Shown: in pieces, positions 56,253 through 64,000 of the stretch
How positions within the stretch are numbered: the stretch's first letter is position 1
Layout: every line of letters begins with the position of its first letter
IMG/VR virus record: IMGVR_UViG_3300027847_001705
Length of the DNA stretch: 64,000 nucleotides
Direction: 5' to 3' (one strand)
Source: a virus
Position numbers and translations under genes: made by a program
Notes under the pieces: generated by a model
Told to the model about the DNA's origin: nothing
The model's input: only the letters and a program-made list of their open reading frames with translations
Database searches by the model: none

Positions 56253-56527
56253 AAATTTTTCCCTAAAAGGTCCATTGGATATCCTATGGCTCTTCTCATT
56301 TCCAATTCTTCTGTTTGATCCAAAAAGTTATCTCGTACCTCTTTAAATTGCCAATCAAAATCTTTATCGTATTGATTATCGATCCAACGACAACTTTGAT
56401 TCCAATGTTCCACGCAAAACTTTCCTGGTTGTATATATTTAACCTTAACAATATTCCCAGTTTTTTTAACTAGATTTCTTCCATACCTTGATCTAGGTGT
56501 TAATACTAAAACATCTCCGTTTTTCAT
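56249..56527 (-). CDS. Hypothetical protein
   Basis: 92-aa ORF with ATGA overlaps. Confidence 0.5.
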   Translation of the reverse strand: MKNGDVLVLTPRSRYGRNLVKKTGNIVKVKYIQPGKFCVEHWNQSCRWIDNQYDKDFDWQFKEVRDNFLDQTEELEMRRAIGYPMDLLGKNL

Positions 56528-56817
56528 AGTCCTTCGTTTCTTCCTTTTATGTCGCAGGTTAACCAGACTAAAGATCCTCCGAAATTCTTATACATTCTAG
56601 TTGGGTATATCCGGTGTGCTGGGCGATGTTTTTTCATGTAGTCTTTGTTCGGCTTATTGTCTTGGTGATCTAGAACTTGTATGCCGTAGTTATTGAGCAT
56701 TTTAGTTTCTCCCGCACCATTATCGTAGTAGTTCCAACAAGCTACTTCAGATGAAAATTCTTTATCTATTGTATAAATGACTGGGTTCCATGTCATGACT
56801 ATTGCTATCCATATCAT
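56524..56817 (-). CDS. Hypothetical protein
   Basis: 97-aa ORF. Confidence 0.5.
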   Translation of the reverse strand: MIWIAIVMTWNPVIYTIDKEFSSEVACWNYYDNGAGETKMLNNYGIQVLDHQDNKPNKDYMKKHRPAHRIYPTRMYKNFGGSLVWLTCDIKGRNEGL

Positions 56818-57034
56818 AATATTCTTTCACATGTTTCGATGCTTCATCTGAGGTATCATATAAGAATACTCTTTTTGTTTTCTTTCTCTCAGAATATTCT
56901 TTAGGAGAAATTAGTGAGCTAGCAACTTCTTTCATACCAATACATTCTTCATCAAATTCTGTTACTACATATTTGTGTTTACCAAATTTCTTTTTACCAC
57001 TGCTTTTTAAAATTTGAATGGTTGCGGTTTTCAA
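56762..57034 (-). CDS. Early hypothetical protein
   Basis: TTG start overlapping the upstream TGA; KTATIQIL N-terminus. Confidence 0.45.
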   Translation of the reverse strand: MKTATIQILKSSGKKKFGKHKYVVTEFDEECIGMKEVASSLISPKEYSERKKTKRVFLYDTSDEASKHVKEYYDMDSNSHDMEPSHLYNR

Positions 57035-57309
57035 ATGAAACCCCATAAATGAAATACTTGTTCAAACCAATTATAAGTAAGTGCAGCAGCTATCGGGATA
57101 CACACATGAGCGAAACCTACAGGCCATGTGGTACACATTAAAGCCATTCCGGCATATATTACAACTTCTGGATCGCCGGTGATCATATTCATTTGATAAA
57201 GTATTGGCGGATTAAAAGCTTCAACAACGCCTCCGGTCGCTTCACCCACTTTATGACAAAATAAGCTTGCGTGTTTTTCTACACCTAATAAATCACAACC
57301 GTTTATCAT
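57031..57309 (-). CDS. Hypothetical membrane protein
   Basis: MINGCD start (ATGA overlap); hydrophobic C-terminal half. Confidence 0.5.
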   Translation of the reverse strand: MINGCDLLGVEKHASLFCHKVGEATGGVVEAFNPPILYQMNMITGDPEVVIYAGMALMCTTWPVGFAHVCIPIAAALTYNWFEQVFHLWGFI

Positions 57310-57476
57310 AATGCCCCGAAAAAAATATATTTGTCCATCATCGCCCAAAGATAGTCTGGTAACTCTACCCACCTACAAAAATCTATAAAGTTACTATTAA
57401 CAAAATAATACCACTCTGCGCTAACAAAACTAAAACCGTATCCTAATATAAATCCTAAAAAGATATATTTAAACAT
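57306..57476 (-). CDS. Small membrane/secreted peptide (56 aa)
   Basis: MFKYIFLGFILGYGFSFVSA...; TGA overlaps the next ATG. Confidence 0.5.
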   Translation of the reverse strand: MFKYIFLGFILGYGFSFVSAEWYYFVNSNFIDFCRWVELPDYLWAMMDKYIFFGAL

Positions 57477-57479
57477 AAG

Positions 57480-57575
57480 CTATTTTAAAACTATCCAAGT
57501 CCAGGCTACTATCATAAAGATAAAACCAAGGTAAGCTGCTACACCACCCAAAAAATATAATACATCATAAACCAT
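57480..57575 (-). CDS. Small membrane peptide (31 aa)
   Basis: MVYDVLYFLGGVAAYLGFIFMIVAWTWIVLK; GAGG SD. Confidence 0.45.
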   Translation of the reverse strand: MVYDVLYFLGGVAAYLGFIFMIVAWTWIVLK

Positions 57576-57576
57576 A

Positions 57577-57783
57577 TTACCTCAATCCTGACCAATTCAT
57601 TACTGGGTCACTATACATTTCTTCTTGTTCACGACAGTAATGATAATATCTCATATCCTGTGCATCCAAATCTGCTTGAAACTCTTCTTCGGAAGACGGC
57701 ATATCCTCCATAGGTTCTTCCGCAACCTTTCTTGCTATATTATCTACCATTCCATCACCCCAAAGATAGGTTAAATTACTCAT
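57577..57783 (-). CDS. Hypothetical acidic protein
   Basis: 68-aa ORF. Confidence 0.45.
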   Translation of the reverse strand: MSNLTYLWGDGMVDNIARKVAEEPMEDMPSSEEEFQADLDAQDMRYYHYCREQEEMYSDPVMNWSGLR

Positions 57784-57962
57784 ATTATTTTTGTATTTTT
57801 AATTGTTGTTTGTGCTCTTTCTATTTTTTTCTTTAATAGTTTTTTCTCATCATCATCTTTACTAGATTTTAGATTCTTTTCGTATACAAGAATAGATGCT
57901 TCTGTTCGTTCGATTGCACCTTCTTGGCGCGCGCGCTTTCCGTGTTGTTTCATACTTGACAT
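57780..57962 (-). CDS. Small basic protein
   Basis: 60-aa ORF. Confidence 0.45.
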   Translation of the reverse strand: MSSMKQHGKRARQEGAIERTEASILVYEKNLKSSKDDDEKKLLKKKIERAQTTIKNTKII

Positions 57963-58084
57963 TCTTTTATATGATATGTTAAATCTCTTTCTAATATAGC
58001 AATTCTCTCCATGAGTATTAATATTTGATTTTCCAATCTATCAACTCTGCTAGTATTAGGTTTAAAGGGGTTATCATTTTCCAT
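57950..58084 (-). CDS. Small coiled-coil peptide (44 aa)
   Basis: MENDNPF...RVDRLENQILILMERIAILE. Confidence 0.4.
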   Translation of the reverse strand: MENDNPFKPNTSRVDRLENQILILMERIAILERDLTYHIKECQV

Positions 58085-58085
58085 A

Positions 58086-58517
58086 TTATTTACATCCAAG
58101 CAAGCTGGTGCATTTTTCTTCCGGGGATCTATAATTGAAATGGTCCTTGGGGATCCTAGGATCTCCTGGTTCCATCATCGAATAACAATGTCCACATGGT
58201 TCTTTCCCTTGTCTCTTCAACGTAGCCCTTAGGGAAGCAAGAAAATCCTCTGCTATATCATCGGCTGGATTGTCTGTGTCATGTCTTTCAGGTTCGGACG
58301 AAAATGCCCATGCACCCAAAGTCGCTAAGAAACTGGGTTCTTTCTTTTCCGGCTTTAAGTCAGCTTTAGTTTTAAATAGTGGATCACCATTATCATCCAG
58401 GCTTACAACTACTAGGACTTTTCCGCCAAGCTTTACTTCATCACCTACTTTAAATGTCGCAGCAAAGACACTCGCTCCAAGTGCTGCTGATAAAAATAGT
58501 AAGGTTATTTTTTTCAT
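58086..58517 (-). CDS. Exported hypothetical protein
   Basis: Signal peptide MKKITLLFLSAALGASVFA; CGHC motif. Confidence 0.55.
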   Translation of the reverse strand: MKKITLLFLSAALGASVFAATFKVGDEVKLGGKVLVVVSLDDNGDPLFKTKADLKPEKKEPSFLATLGAWAFSSEPERHDTDNPADDIAEDFLASLRATLKRQGKEPCGHCYSMMEPGDPRIPKDHFNYRSPEEKCTSLLGCK

Positions 58518-58536
58518 GATATTCTCTCTCTATAAT

Positions 58537-58623
58537 TTATATTGTAAACATAACAACTATTGTAAGGTACAATATACCAAATAACAATATAGCTGTTGCG
58601 ATTTCTTCTATCCACATTTTCAT
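58537..58623 (-). CDS. Small membrane peptide (28 aa)
   Basis: MKMWIEEIATAILLFGILYLTIVVMFTI; ATGA overlap. Confidence 0.45.
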   Translation of the reverse strand: MKMWIEEIATAILLFGILYLTIVVMFTI

Positions 58624-58799
58624 ACTATTCCTTCCCATTCTCTTATTGCTCCTCCTGCTTCTGCAAGAGTGTAAAAAAATTCACCACTCATTTCGATCCC
58701 ATCTTCATATCTTCGTACCATGTATTCACCTCTAGTACGAGATCCTAAAACCTTTTCATCTTTTTCTAAAATTTCAATTGTTGCTGTTTTCTTTTTCAT
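58620..58799 (-). CDS. First early gene after promoter (59 aa)
   Basis: MKKKTATIEILEK...; AAGGAG SD. Confidence 0.55.
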   Translation of the reverse strand: MKKKTATIEILEKDEKVLGSRTRGEYMVRRYEDGIEMSGEFFYTLAEAGGAIREWEGIV

Positions 58800-58830
58800 C
58801 CGCTTATTTCTCTCCTTGTTTAGGTTATTA

Positions 58831-58876
58831 TTTTATTCTCTACTTATATTATAACATATCTAGCTCAACATGTCAA
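58831..58876 (-). promoter_or_regulatory. Early sigma70 promoter, copy 3
   Basis: TTGACA-TGTTGAGCTAGATATGT-TATAAT; spacer and AGAGAATAA tail resemble copies 1 and 2. Confidence 0.88.
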
Positions 58877-58969
58877 CGTTTTTGTTTCGCAATAATCTCA
58901 ATAAGTTACCAAGAGTTCGTTGATATCATTGGTAAACAAAATTGAAAATAATTGAAAATAATTGGGCGA

Positions 58970-59503
58970 TCAAACGTTTGTGGTTAAATTTTTAATAGGA
59001 ACCGGAATTTTATCAACAGATCCGGTGATATAATGAAAAAGCAACTGGATTTGATAGATGCCTTCAAAGGTTTCTCGCCAATGTTCATACTTTTTTTCTT
59101 TTTGATCATAGAGTAAAGCATCCCCTACATCGCAATGAATGGGTGAATTGTCGATATATAAAGGCCAAGTAGTCCCTTGATAGCTATCACCGTAAAGGTG
59201 ACCTGTATGTATAGTAATAGAAATTTCGCAAGCATCGGTATCTATGTGTTTGTGTAAGTTGTGACCGTTCTCATAAACAATATAGAACGAATATGATGGA
59301 TGAATCTCTTCTTTAAAATATTTTTGTACTCTATCCTGGAAACTATATAAACAAGCTTCTGCGAATGAATCTTTATAAACACCATGAGTGTCTGGAAGTT
59401 CTTTTCCATATGATTTAAAATTATCAAATCGTTCTCTCAGCGCATAAGTTGTAAAACTTTGACATAAATCTTCACCAAGAAACCCCTTTAATACATGTAG
59501 CAT
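58970..59503 (-). CDS. 2OG-Fe(II) oxygenase
   Basis: SYSFYIVY, HKHID (HxD), HWRE, QLLFHY motifs. Confidence 0.8.
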   Translation of the reverse strand: MLHVLKGFLGEDLCQSFTTYALRERFDNFKSYGKELPDTHGVYKDSFAEACLYSFQDRVQKYFKEEIHPSYSFYIVYENGHNLHKHIDTDACEISITIHTGHLYGDSYQGTTWPLYIDNSPIHCDVGDALLYDQKEKKYEHWRETFEGIYQIQLLFHYITGSVDKIPVPIKNLTTNV

Positions 59504-60198
59504 TCTTTAATCTGTGTTAAATCATTGCAGGGTCTATATAAATCACCTGTCCAAAAATCTCTAAGATCAAAATCATGTCCTTTCCACGGCATTGTTTGAT
59601 TAAAATAACATATGGTAGGAACTTTCATTAATCTAGATAAATGAGCTAAACCACCTTCGGAGCAAATACTAAAAGAACAATTCTTTAATATAGACTGTAC
59701 CAAATAACTATATTGTTCAAAATCATAATCTATATCATATAATGTTCTACCAGCAGATGTTTTGAAACTAGGAATCAAAACAATTTTATATCCCCCTTCT
59801 TTGAGATCTTTAAATAATCTCTGTAAGATATAATGACTTACAACTTTATCTTGATGATGGGGTGAATGTGAATGATGTTTAGTATATAACCATATAGCGC
59901 AAAACTTTTCATCGCAGGAACTATGTAACATTTTAGCAGGCCAATACTCATGGTCCTGTTGACTATATGGAGCTTCTTTTCTTTCTATGAACTCACCGAA
60001 CTCATGTTCAATTAAAGAATTAGGTTTAAAAAGTTTAATAACTCTTTGTACTTGTCTATGTGTGCGTGGTTGTAAATGCCATTTTATAATAGTCGATTCT
60101 TTGGCTTGTTGATATTCATATGATAAATGATTTATTATATCACCAAAACCAGTACCAAATCCCCTATGAGTCCAAAATTTATTAATAATTTTCATCAT
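59488..60198 (-). CDS. GT-B glycosyltransferase-like protein (GT9 heptosyltransferase-like C-terminus)
   Basis: GFGD near N-terminus; ICSEGGLAHLSRLMKVPTI. Confidence 0.55.
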   Translation of the reverse strand: MMKIINKFWTHRGFGTGFGDIINHLSYEYQQAKESTIIKWHLQPRTHRQVQRVIKLFKPNSLIEHEFGEFIERKEAPYSQQDHEYWPAKMLHSSCDEKFCAIWLYTKHHSHSPHHQDKVVSHYILQRLFKDLKEGGYKIVLIPSFKTSAGRTLYDIDYDFEQYSYLVQSILKNCSFSICSEGGLAHLSRLMKVPTICYFNQTMPWKGHDFDLRDFWTGDLYRPCNDLTQIKECYMY

Positions 60199-60736
60199 CT
60201 ACATCAATACATCCCACAATATGTATTCTATCAACCTTTCTCGATAAATTAATCCCTGAGTGATGTACTTCTGTATTCATTAAATGAACTTCACCAGGAG
60301 CTATATGATATACTTCTCTTTTTCCTTCTATATTTTCTATAAGATGAAAACTATTGATATCGCCAGTTAAAGGAATGTGAATTCTCATACCGGGATCAAA
60401 ATGCCATGACAAGCATGCTTTAGGTTTTAATAACATTAATCGCGAACGATGCAATTTTAATTCTTTAAGTAAACTATTAGTATAGATCATTTCCGGAAAT
60501 AATTCAATAGTAAAATCCTTTTCTTTATATCCTGCTCCTTCTAATTCCTTAAACTCTCTGGAACCAAAATAATAATCATTTTCTTTTCCTTCTACTCCCT
60601 GTAACATAATTTGACATATACCATCTGTTTTCCAGTCTTCACCAACAACCTTTATCTCTTCAAGGATTTTATCAACATCAATATCGTGCATAAGGGGCAT
60701 TACGCGATCATCCCCCATGTCTGTTCGTAAAGTCAT
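60182..60736 (-). CDS. Aspartyl/asparaginyl beta-hydroxylase-family 2OG-Fe(II) oxygenase
   Basis: RSRLM, WHFD, RIHIPL, NTEVHHS, RIHIV motifs. Confidence 0.8.
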   Translation of the reverse strand: MTLRTDMGDDRVMPLMHDIDVDKILEEIKVVGEDWKTDGICQIMLQGVEGKENDYYFGSREFKELEGAGYKEKDFTIELFPEMIYTNSLLKELKLHRSRLMLLKPKACLSWHFDPGMRIHIPLTGDINSFHLIENIEGKREVYHIAPGEVHLMNTEVHHSGINLSRKVDRIHIVGCIDVDDENY

Positions 60737-61057
60737 TTATATTTCTTCCGATGTTACCATTAAAGGAAATTGATTTTCTTTTGCATGCATCATTGATTCA
60801 TATACTTTTGTTTCTGCTATCTCAGATGAGTAAATGCCTGCTACACCTTTTCCTTGTTGATGAACATTCAACATTATTGATTCAGCTGCTGCCTCTGAAT
60901 GATTAAAAACCATTTGTAGTAGATATACTACAAATTCCATTGGGGTAAAATTATCATTGTGGAAAACTACTTGATATCTATTCGGAGGTTTCAGCTTTTG
61001 TTTCGGCTTCTTTTCCGTTATCGTCGTTCCCTGATCGTCCAGTTCCCCTGTGTCCAT
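60737..61057 (-). CDS. clpS: ClpS N-degron adaptor
   Basis: P..YQVVFHNDNFTPMEFVV, MLNVHQQGKG, AETK, FPL motifs; 106 aa from ATG 61057. Confidence 0.93.
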   Translation of the reverse strand: MDTGELDDQGTTITEKKPKQKLKPPNRYQVVFHNDNFTPMEFVVYLLQMVFNHSEAAAESIMLNVHQQGKGVAGIYSSEIAETKVYESMMHAKENQFPLMVTSEEI

Positions 61058-61058
61058 T

Positions 61059-61175
61059 TTAGGTTTTATAATATCCGTCTGAAATATAATAGATAAGGGC
61101 ATCAATCAAATCGGGATCACCCCAAGCTGATGCCATCCATATTACTAACAAAACCATAAACAAAAAGCTATACAT
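61059..61175 (-). CDS. Small membrane peptide (38 aa)
   Basis: MYSFLFMVLLVIWMASAWGDPDLIDALIYY. Confidence 0.45.
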   Translation of the reverse strand: MYSFLFMVLLVIWMASAWGDPDLIDALIYYISDGYYKT

Positions 61176-61190
61176 ATTTTTATCTTATTG

Positions 61191-61275
61191 TGGTGGGGAG
61201 AGAAGGAGTCGAACCTTCACAGTCTCAGACGGCTGATTTACAGTCAGTTGGGCTCGCCACGTGCTCAGCCTCCCC
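61191..61275 (-). tRNA. tRNA-Tyr(GUA)
   Basis: GGGGAGG/TCTCCCC acceptor, A73, CCA; anticodon loop CTGTAAA; variable arm GTCT/AGAC; T arm GAAGG-TTCGACT-CCTTC. Confidence 0.93.
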
Positions 61276-62604
61276 ATTAAGCATTTCTACTAACAAAGGA
61301 TCTAAGTAGTCTTTATAACTTTGATCCCTAACTTCATCTAAAATAATTATTTCCGTTTTCATTTTTTTAACATCACTGGTATTATTTTTTAATGCATTTT
61401 GTATTTGGCCAACTAAATTATGAATATTAAATCTATACCACTTTTTATATTCTTTCCCTCTTATAGTTGCATGTACAGTATCAGATTGTGCAACAGTAGC
61501 TATTCCGGATTCAGTAATATCTATAATCCGATCAAGAGCAATCTCTAATAATTCCTTTGGCATATTCCTAATTGATGTTCCTCTATTATCTGGATACATT
61601 TCTGAAAAATGAATATACCAATCAGGAATTTTATAGTGTGCACATTTATTACATATCCATTCTATATAATCAGCAACATTTAAAATATTTAAAGATGACA
61701 ATACCATATTAAAATATTGATGTTTAATATTAGTACATGTACTAAGATAATGATCTAAGCTTTCATTTAATTTTTTCCAATCAGAATTATGCCGGATATA
61801 ATTATATGTTCCATGGGTACCGTCTATACTGAACGTATGTCCTTGCTCTTTGAAATTATTTAATATTTTTGATAATTCGGGAGTGAACTGTGTAGCATTA
61901 GTATGAAACTTTAAAATTGTATTTTTACTTGCTTCCGTTTCGACATATCGTTCTAATACTTTAACTACTCTTCTATCATAAAATGGTTCTCCTCCAGAAG
62001 CTTTTAACATTGTTATCTTGTGTGTATTATTCAATAACCAATCAATAACACTGTTATTATCTTTATCATAGATAACACCTTTTATATCAGGCATTGCATT
62101 ATTACTAGCTTTCATAAAGGAATTATGTAGGCCCTTTGCTTTCATCTTCTCAACGTCTTTACCCAATTGATGAGATGAACCCACATTACACATTCTACAG
62201 GCTAAATTGCACAGGTTAGAAAGGGTTATGTCAAACTCAAACAACCCTTCCTGATTGGGATGAGGTGGATCAGAAGAATCGGAACATTGTCTAAATGATT
62301 CTAAACCATCTTCCTCCATCCTCCAACAAACGGTACATGCTTTATTCTTTATACCATTAGATAAATCATTTCTAAGTTTTTCAAAAGATTCATGATTAAA
62401 TATTTCCTCTGGACTTAAACCTTTTAAAGATCCATGGCCTAACTCATGATGTTTAACGGAACCATCTTCTTCTGAAGTAACGGGATTCATCATCATGCAA
62501 CAAGGAGTTACATTAGTAGGCTCTCTCCCATCTTTAGACCATTTCTTAAAAGTCATGGCATGAAATGGATAATGACAATATGTCGGATGTGTTTTAGGAT
62601 TCAT
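61225..62604 (-). CDS. Radical SAM protein with N-terminal Cys cluster
   Basis: CNLACRMC, GGEPF, FHTNAT, SIDG motifs. Confidence 0.9.
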   Translation of the reverse strand: MNPKTHPTYCHYPFHAMTFKKWSKDGREPTNVTPCCMMMNPVTSEEDGSVKHHELGHGSLKGLSPEEIFNHESFEKLRNDLSNGIKNKACTVCWRMEEDGLESFRQCSDSSDPPHPNQEGLFEFDITLSNLCNLACRMCNVGSSHQLGKDVEKMKAKGLHNSFMKASNNAMPDIKGVIYDKDNNSVIDWLLNNTHKITMLKASGGEPFYDRRVVKVLERYVETEASKNTILKFHTNATQFTPELSKILNNFKEQGHTFSIDGTHGTYNYIRHNSDWKKLNESLDHYLSTCTNIKHQYFNMVLSSLNILNVADYIEWICNKCAHYKIPDWYIHFSEMYPDNRGTSIRNMPKELLEIALDRIIDITESGIATVAQSDTVHATIRGKEYKKWYRFNIHNLVGQIQNALKNNTSDVKKMKTEIIILDEVRDQSYKDYLDPLLVEMLNGEAEHVASPTDCKSAV

Positions 62605-63569
62605 TCAAATAAAATAGAAATAGATTCATTATGATTAATTCTTCTAATTGCTTCTGCAAACATGGGTGCTATTGATAATACCTCTACGCTATTGTTTCCT
62701 CCAGTCGGTGCGGAGAAATTGTGTCTCAATCTCTCTTGCTGAATAGTATCTGTTATTACTAAAGTTGATAAAGCCTCAGACTCTTCCATTTTACGTGCGC
62801 CATTCTCACTTAATACACCATGAGTAATATAAGCCATAACTTCAATAGCACCTTCTTTCTTTAATGCCTCGGCAGCTTTAATAAGTGTATTACCAGTATC
62901 TACAATATCATCTACTATTATACATTTTTTCTTATTCACATTTCCAATAACATTCATCGAAGCAACTTGATTAGCCTGCTCTCTGCGTTTATCGATGATC
63001 GCTATATCTAATTGTAACTTCTTAGCCACCTTTCTTGCTCTGGCAACACCACCTGCATCAGGAGAAACTATAACTCCATTCTTTGCTATTATCATTCGAT
63101 TGGGATGGGTTTCTAAATCATTAACAAACAATGGCATGGCTCCTAAATCATCTACTGGAATATCAAAGAACCCTTGTATCTGACCAGCATGTAAATCCAT
63201 TGTTACTATTCTATTAGCACCTGCCGTCTCTAACATGTTTGCCACTAACCTAGCCGTTATAGGTGTTCTGGAAACGGGCTTTCTATCTTGTCTTGCATAA
63301 CCGAAATAAGGAATCACTGCAGTAATTCTACCAGCTGATGCTCTCTTACAAGCATCCATTAGAATCAATAATTCCATTAAATTATCATTAGCAGGATTAC
63401 TAATACTCTGAATAATGAATACATCCTCACCACGAACATTCTCTTTAATCATACATGAGAGTTCATTGTCTGCAAATTTAATAAGTTCTACTTCACATAA
63501 ATGTTGACCACAATGTTGTGCAATGGATACTGCTAAATTATTATTTGAATTTCCAGCAATCAGTTTCAT
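62601..63569 (-). CDS. prs: Ribose-phosphate pyrophosphokinase
   Basis: FADNE, PYFGYARQDR, DLHAGQIQGFF, VSPDAGG, VDDIVDTGNT, THGVLS motifs. Confidence 0.95.
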   Translation of the reverse strand: MKLIAGNSNNNLAVSIAQHCGQHLCEVELIKFADNELSCMIKENVRGEDVFIIQSISNPANDNLMELLILMDACKRASAGRITAVIPYFGYARQDRKPVSRTPITARLVANMLETAGANRIVTMDLHAGQIQGFFDIPVDDLGAMPLFVNDLETHPNRMIIAKNGVIVSPDAGGVARARKVAKKLQLDIAIIDKRREQANQVASMNVIGNVNKKKCIIVDDIVDTGNTLIKAAEALKKEGAIEVMAYITHGVLSENGARKMEESEALSTLVITDTIQQERLRHNFSAPTGGNNSVEVLSIAPMFAEAIRRINHNESISILFE

Positions 63570-63745
63570 TTAACCTTTACGAATTCAGTTTCATTACCTA
63601 CTTTTTTAGTCTTTATATATCCCTCTGATTCAAGCATTTCTAAAGTTCTATTAGCAACCTTATCTACTGCTATATGCCAAGCAATGCGATATCCCATATA
63701 TGTTCCTACTACATAAACCATTGTAATCCAAATAAAAAATTCCAT
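63566..63745 (-). CDS. Small membrane-anchored protein (59 aa)
   Basis: MEFFIWITMVYVVGTYMGY...; TGA overlaps the prs ATG. Confidence 0.5.
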   Translation of the reverse strand: MEFFIWITMVYVVGTYMGYRIAWHIAVDKVANRTLEMLESEGYIKTKKVGNETEFVKVK

Positions 63746-64000
63746 TATTTCCTCTTCTTATTCCTTTGAATGTCATCCAAATAATCTACACCTTCTTTTA
63801 AATGATCATACGGACCGGATAGCTTCCCTTCATATTTTTTAAGTATATCTTTTCGATGTTGCTTTACGGTCTTTCTTATATTCTGTTTTATTTCTTTTTT
63901 AGTGGGCATTGTGATTGGCTCCCTTATTTTAAAAGCTGAACTGATTTCTGCTTCTATTATTCCTTGAACATAGTCCCAAGAATTATTCTCTACTGATATT
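63745..64000 (-). CDS. Hypothetical protein, C-terminal part (truncated by window edge)
   Basis: Open frame ...EPITMPTKKEIKQNIRK...RNKKRK-stop, TAATG overlap with next gene. Confidence 0.5.
   Translation of the reverse strand, partial: ISVENNSWDYVQGIIEAEISSAFKIREPITMPTKKEIKQNIRKTVKQHRKDILKKYEGKLSGPYDHLKEGVDYLDDIQRNKKRK

Noticed and set aside
193-63183. Numerous 60-170 aa + strand ORFs and nested minus-strand ORFs in the track (e.g. 3402, 11119, 40113, 42883)
   Set aside because: They lie antisense to or inside well-supported genes, lack SD sites and motifs, and are shadow frames
62601-63569. Prs as the ADPR-PP synthetase of an NAD reconstitution pathway
   Set aside because: Sequence looks like canonical Prs and no Nampt/Namat-like gene is adjacent within the window
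1-64000. Alternative genetic code
   Set aside because: Conserved genes end at TAA/TGA/TAG at expected lengths with normal stop-start overlaps; no suppressor tRNA

Overview
This 64 kb window is part of an AT-rich, T4-like myovirus genome. It is probably marine, and its gene content resembles T4-like cyanophage and pelagiphage relatives, but the host cannot be determined from the sequence. Almost all genes lie on the minus strand. Core T4 replication genes are present: rnh, primase 61, helicase 41, uvsX, polymerase 43, regA, 62/44/45, thyX, dUTPase, class II nrdJ and glutaredoxin. A late/virion block (about 14.4-27.3 kb, plus 51.9-53.2 kb) carries fibre-like paralogues and candidate internal head proteins with T4-type capsid-targeting N-termini. 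Accessory islands encode heptose/NDP-sugar enzymes, glycosyltransferases, a carbamoyltransferase, an LpxA-like acyltransferase, radical SAM and 2OG-Fe(II) enzymes, ClpP, ClpS, Hsp20 and Prs. Consensus sigma70 early promoters and TATAAATA late promoters are visible. The most striking element is an inverted (+ strand) cassette: an AsnRS/AspRS catalytic-domain-only gene followed directly by a 110-nt tRNA-Asn(GUU) with Asn identity elements (U1-A72, G73) and a 14-bp variable arm. Other candidates are an unannotated metallothionein-like peptide, a ligase-fold protein that is probably virion-packaged, an unexplained 86-nt structured RNA, a ROSE-like thermometer before hsp20, and a tRNA-Tyr overlapping the 3' end of a radical SAM gene. 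All calls come from motif reading by eye; no database searches were run.
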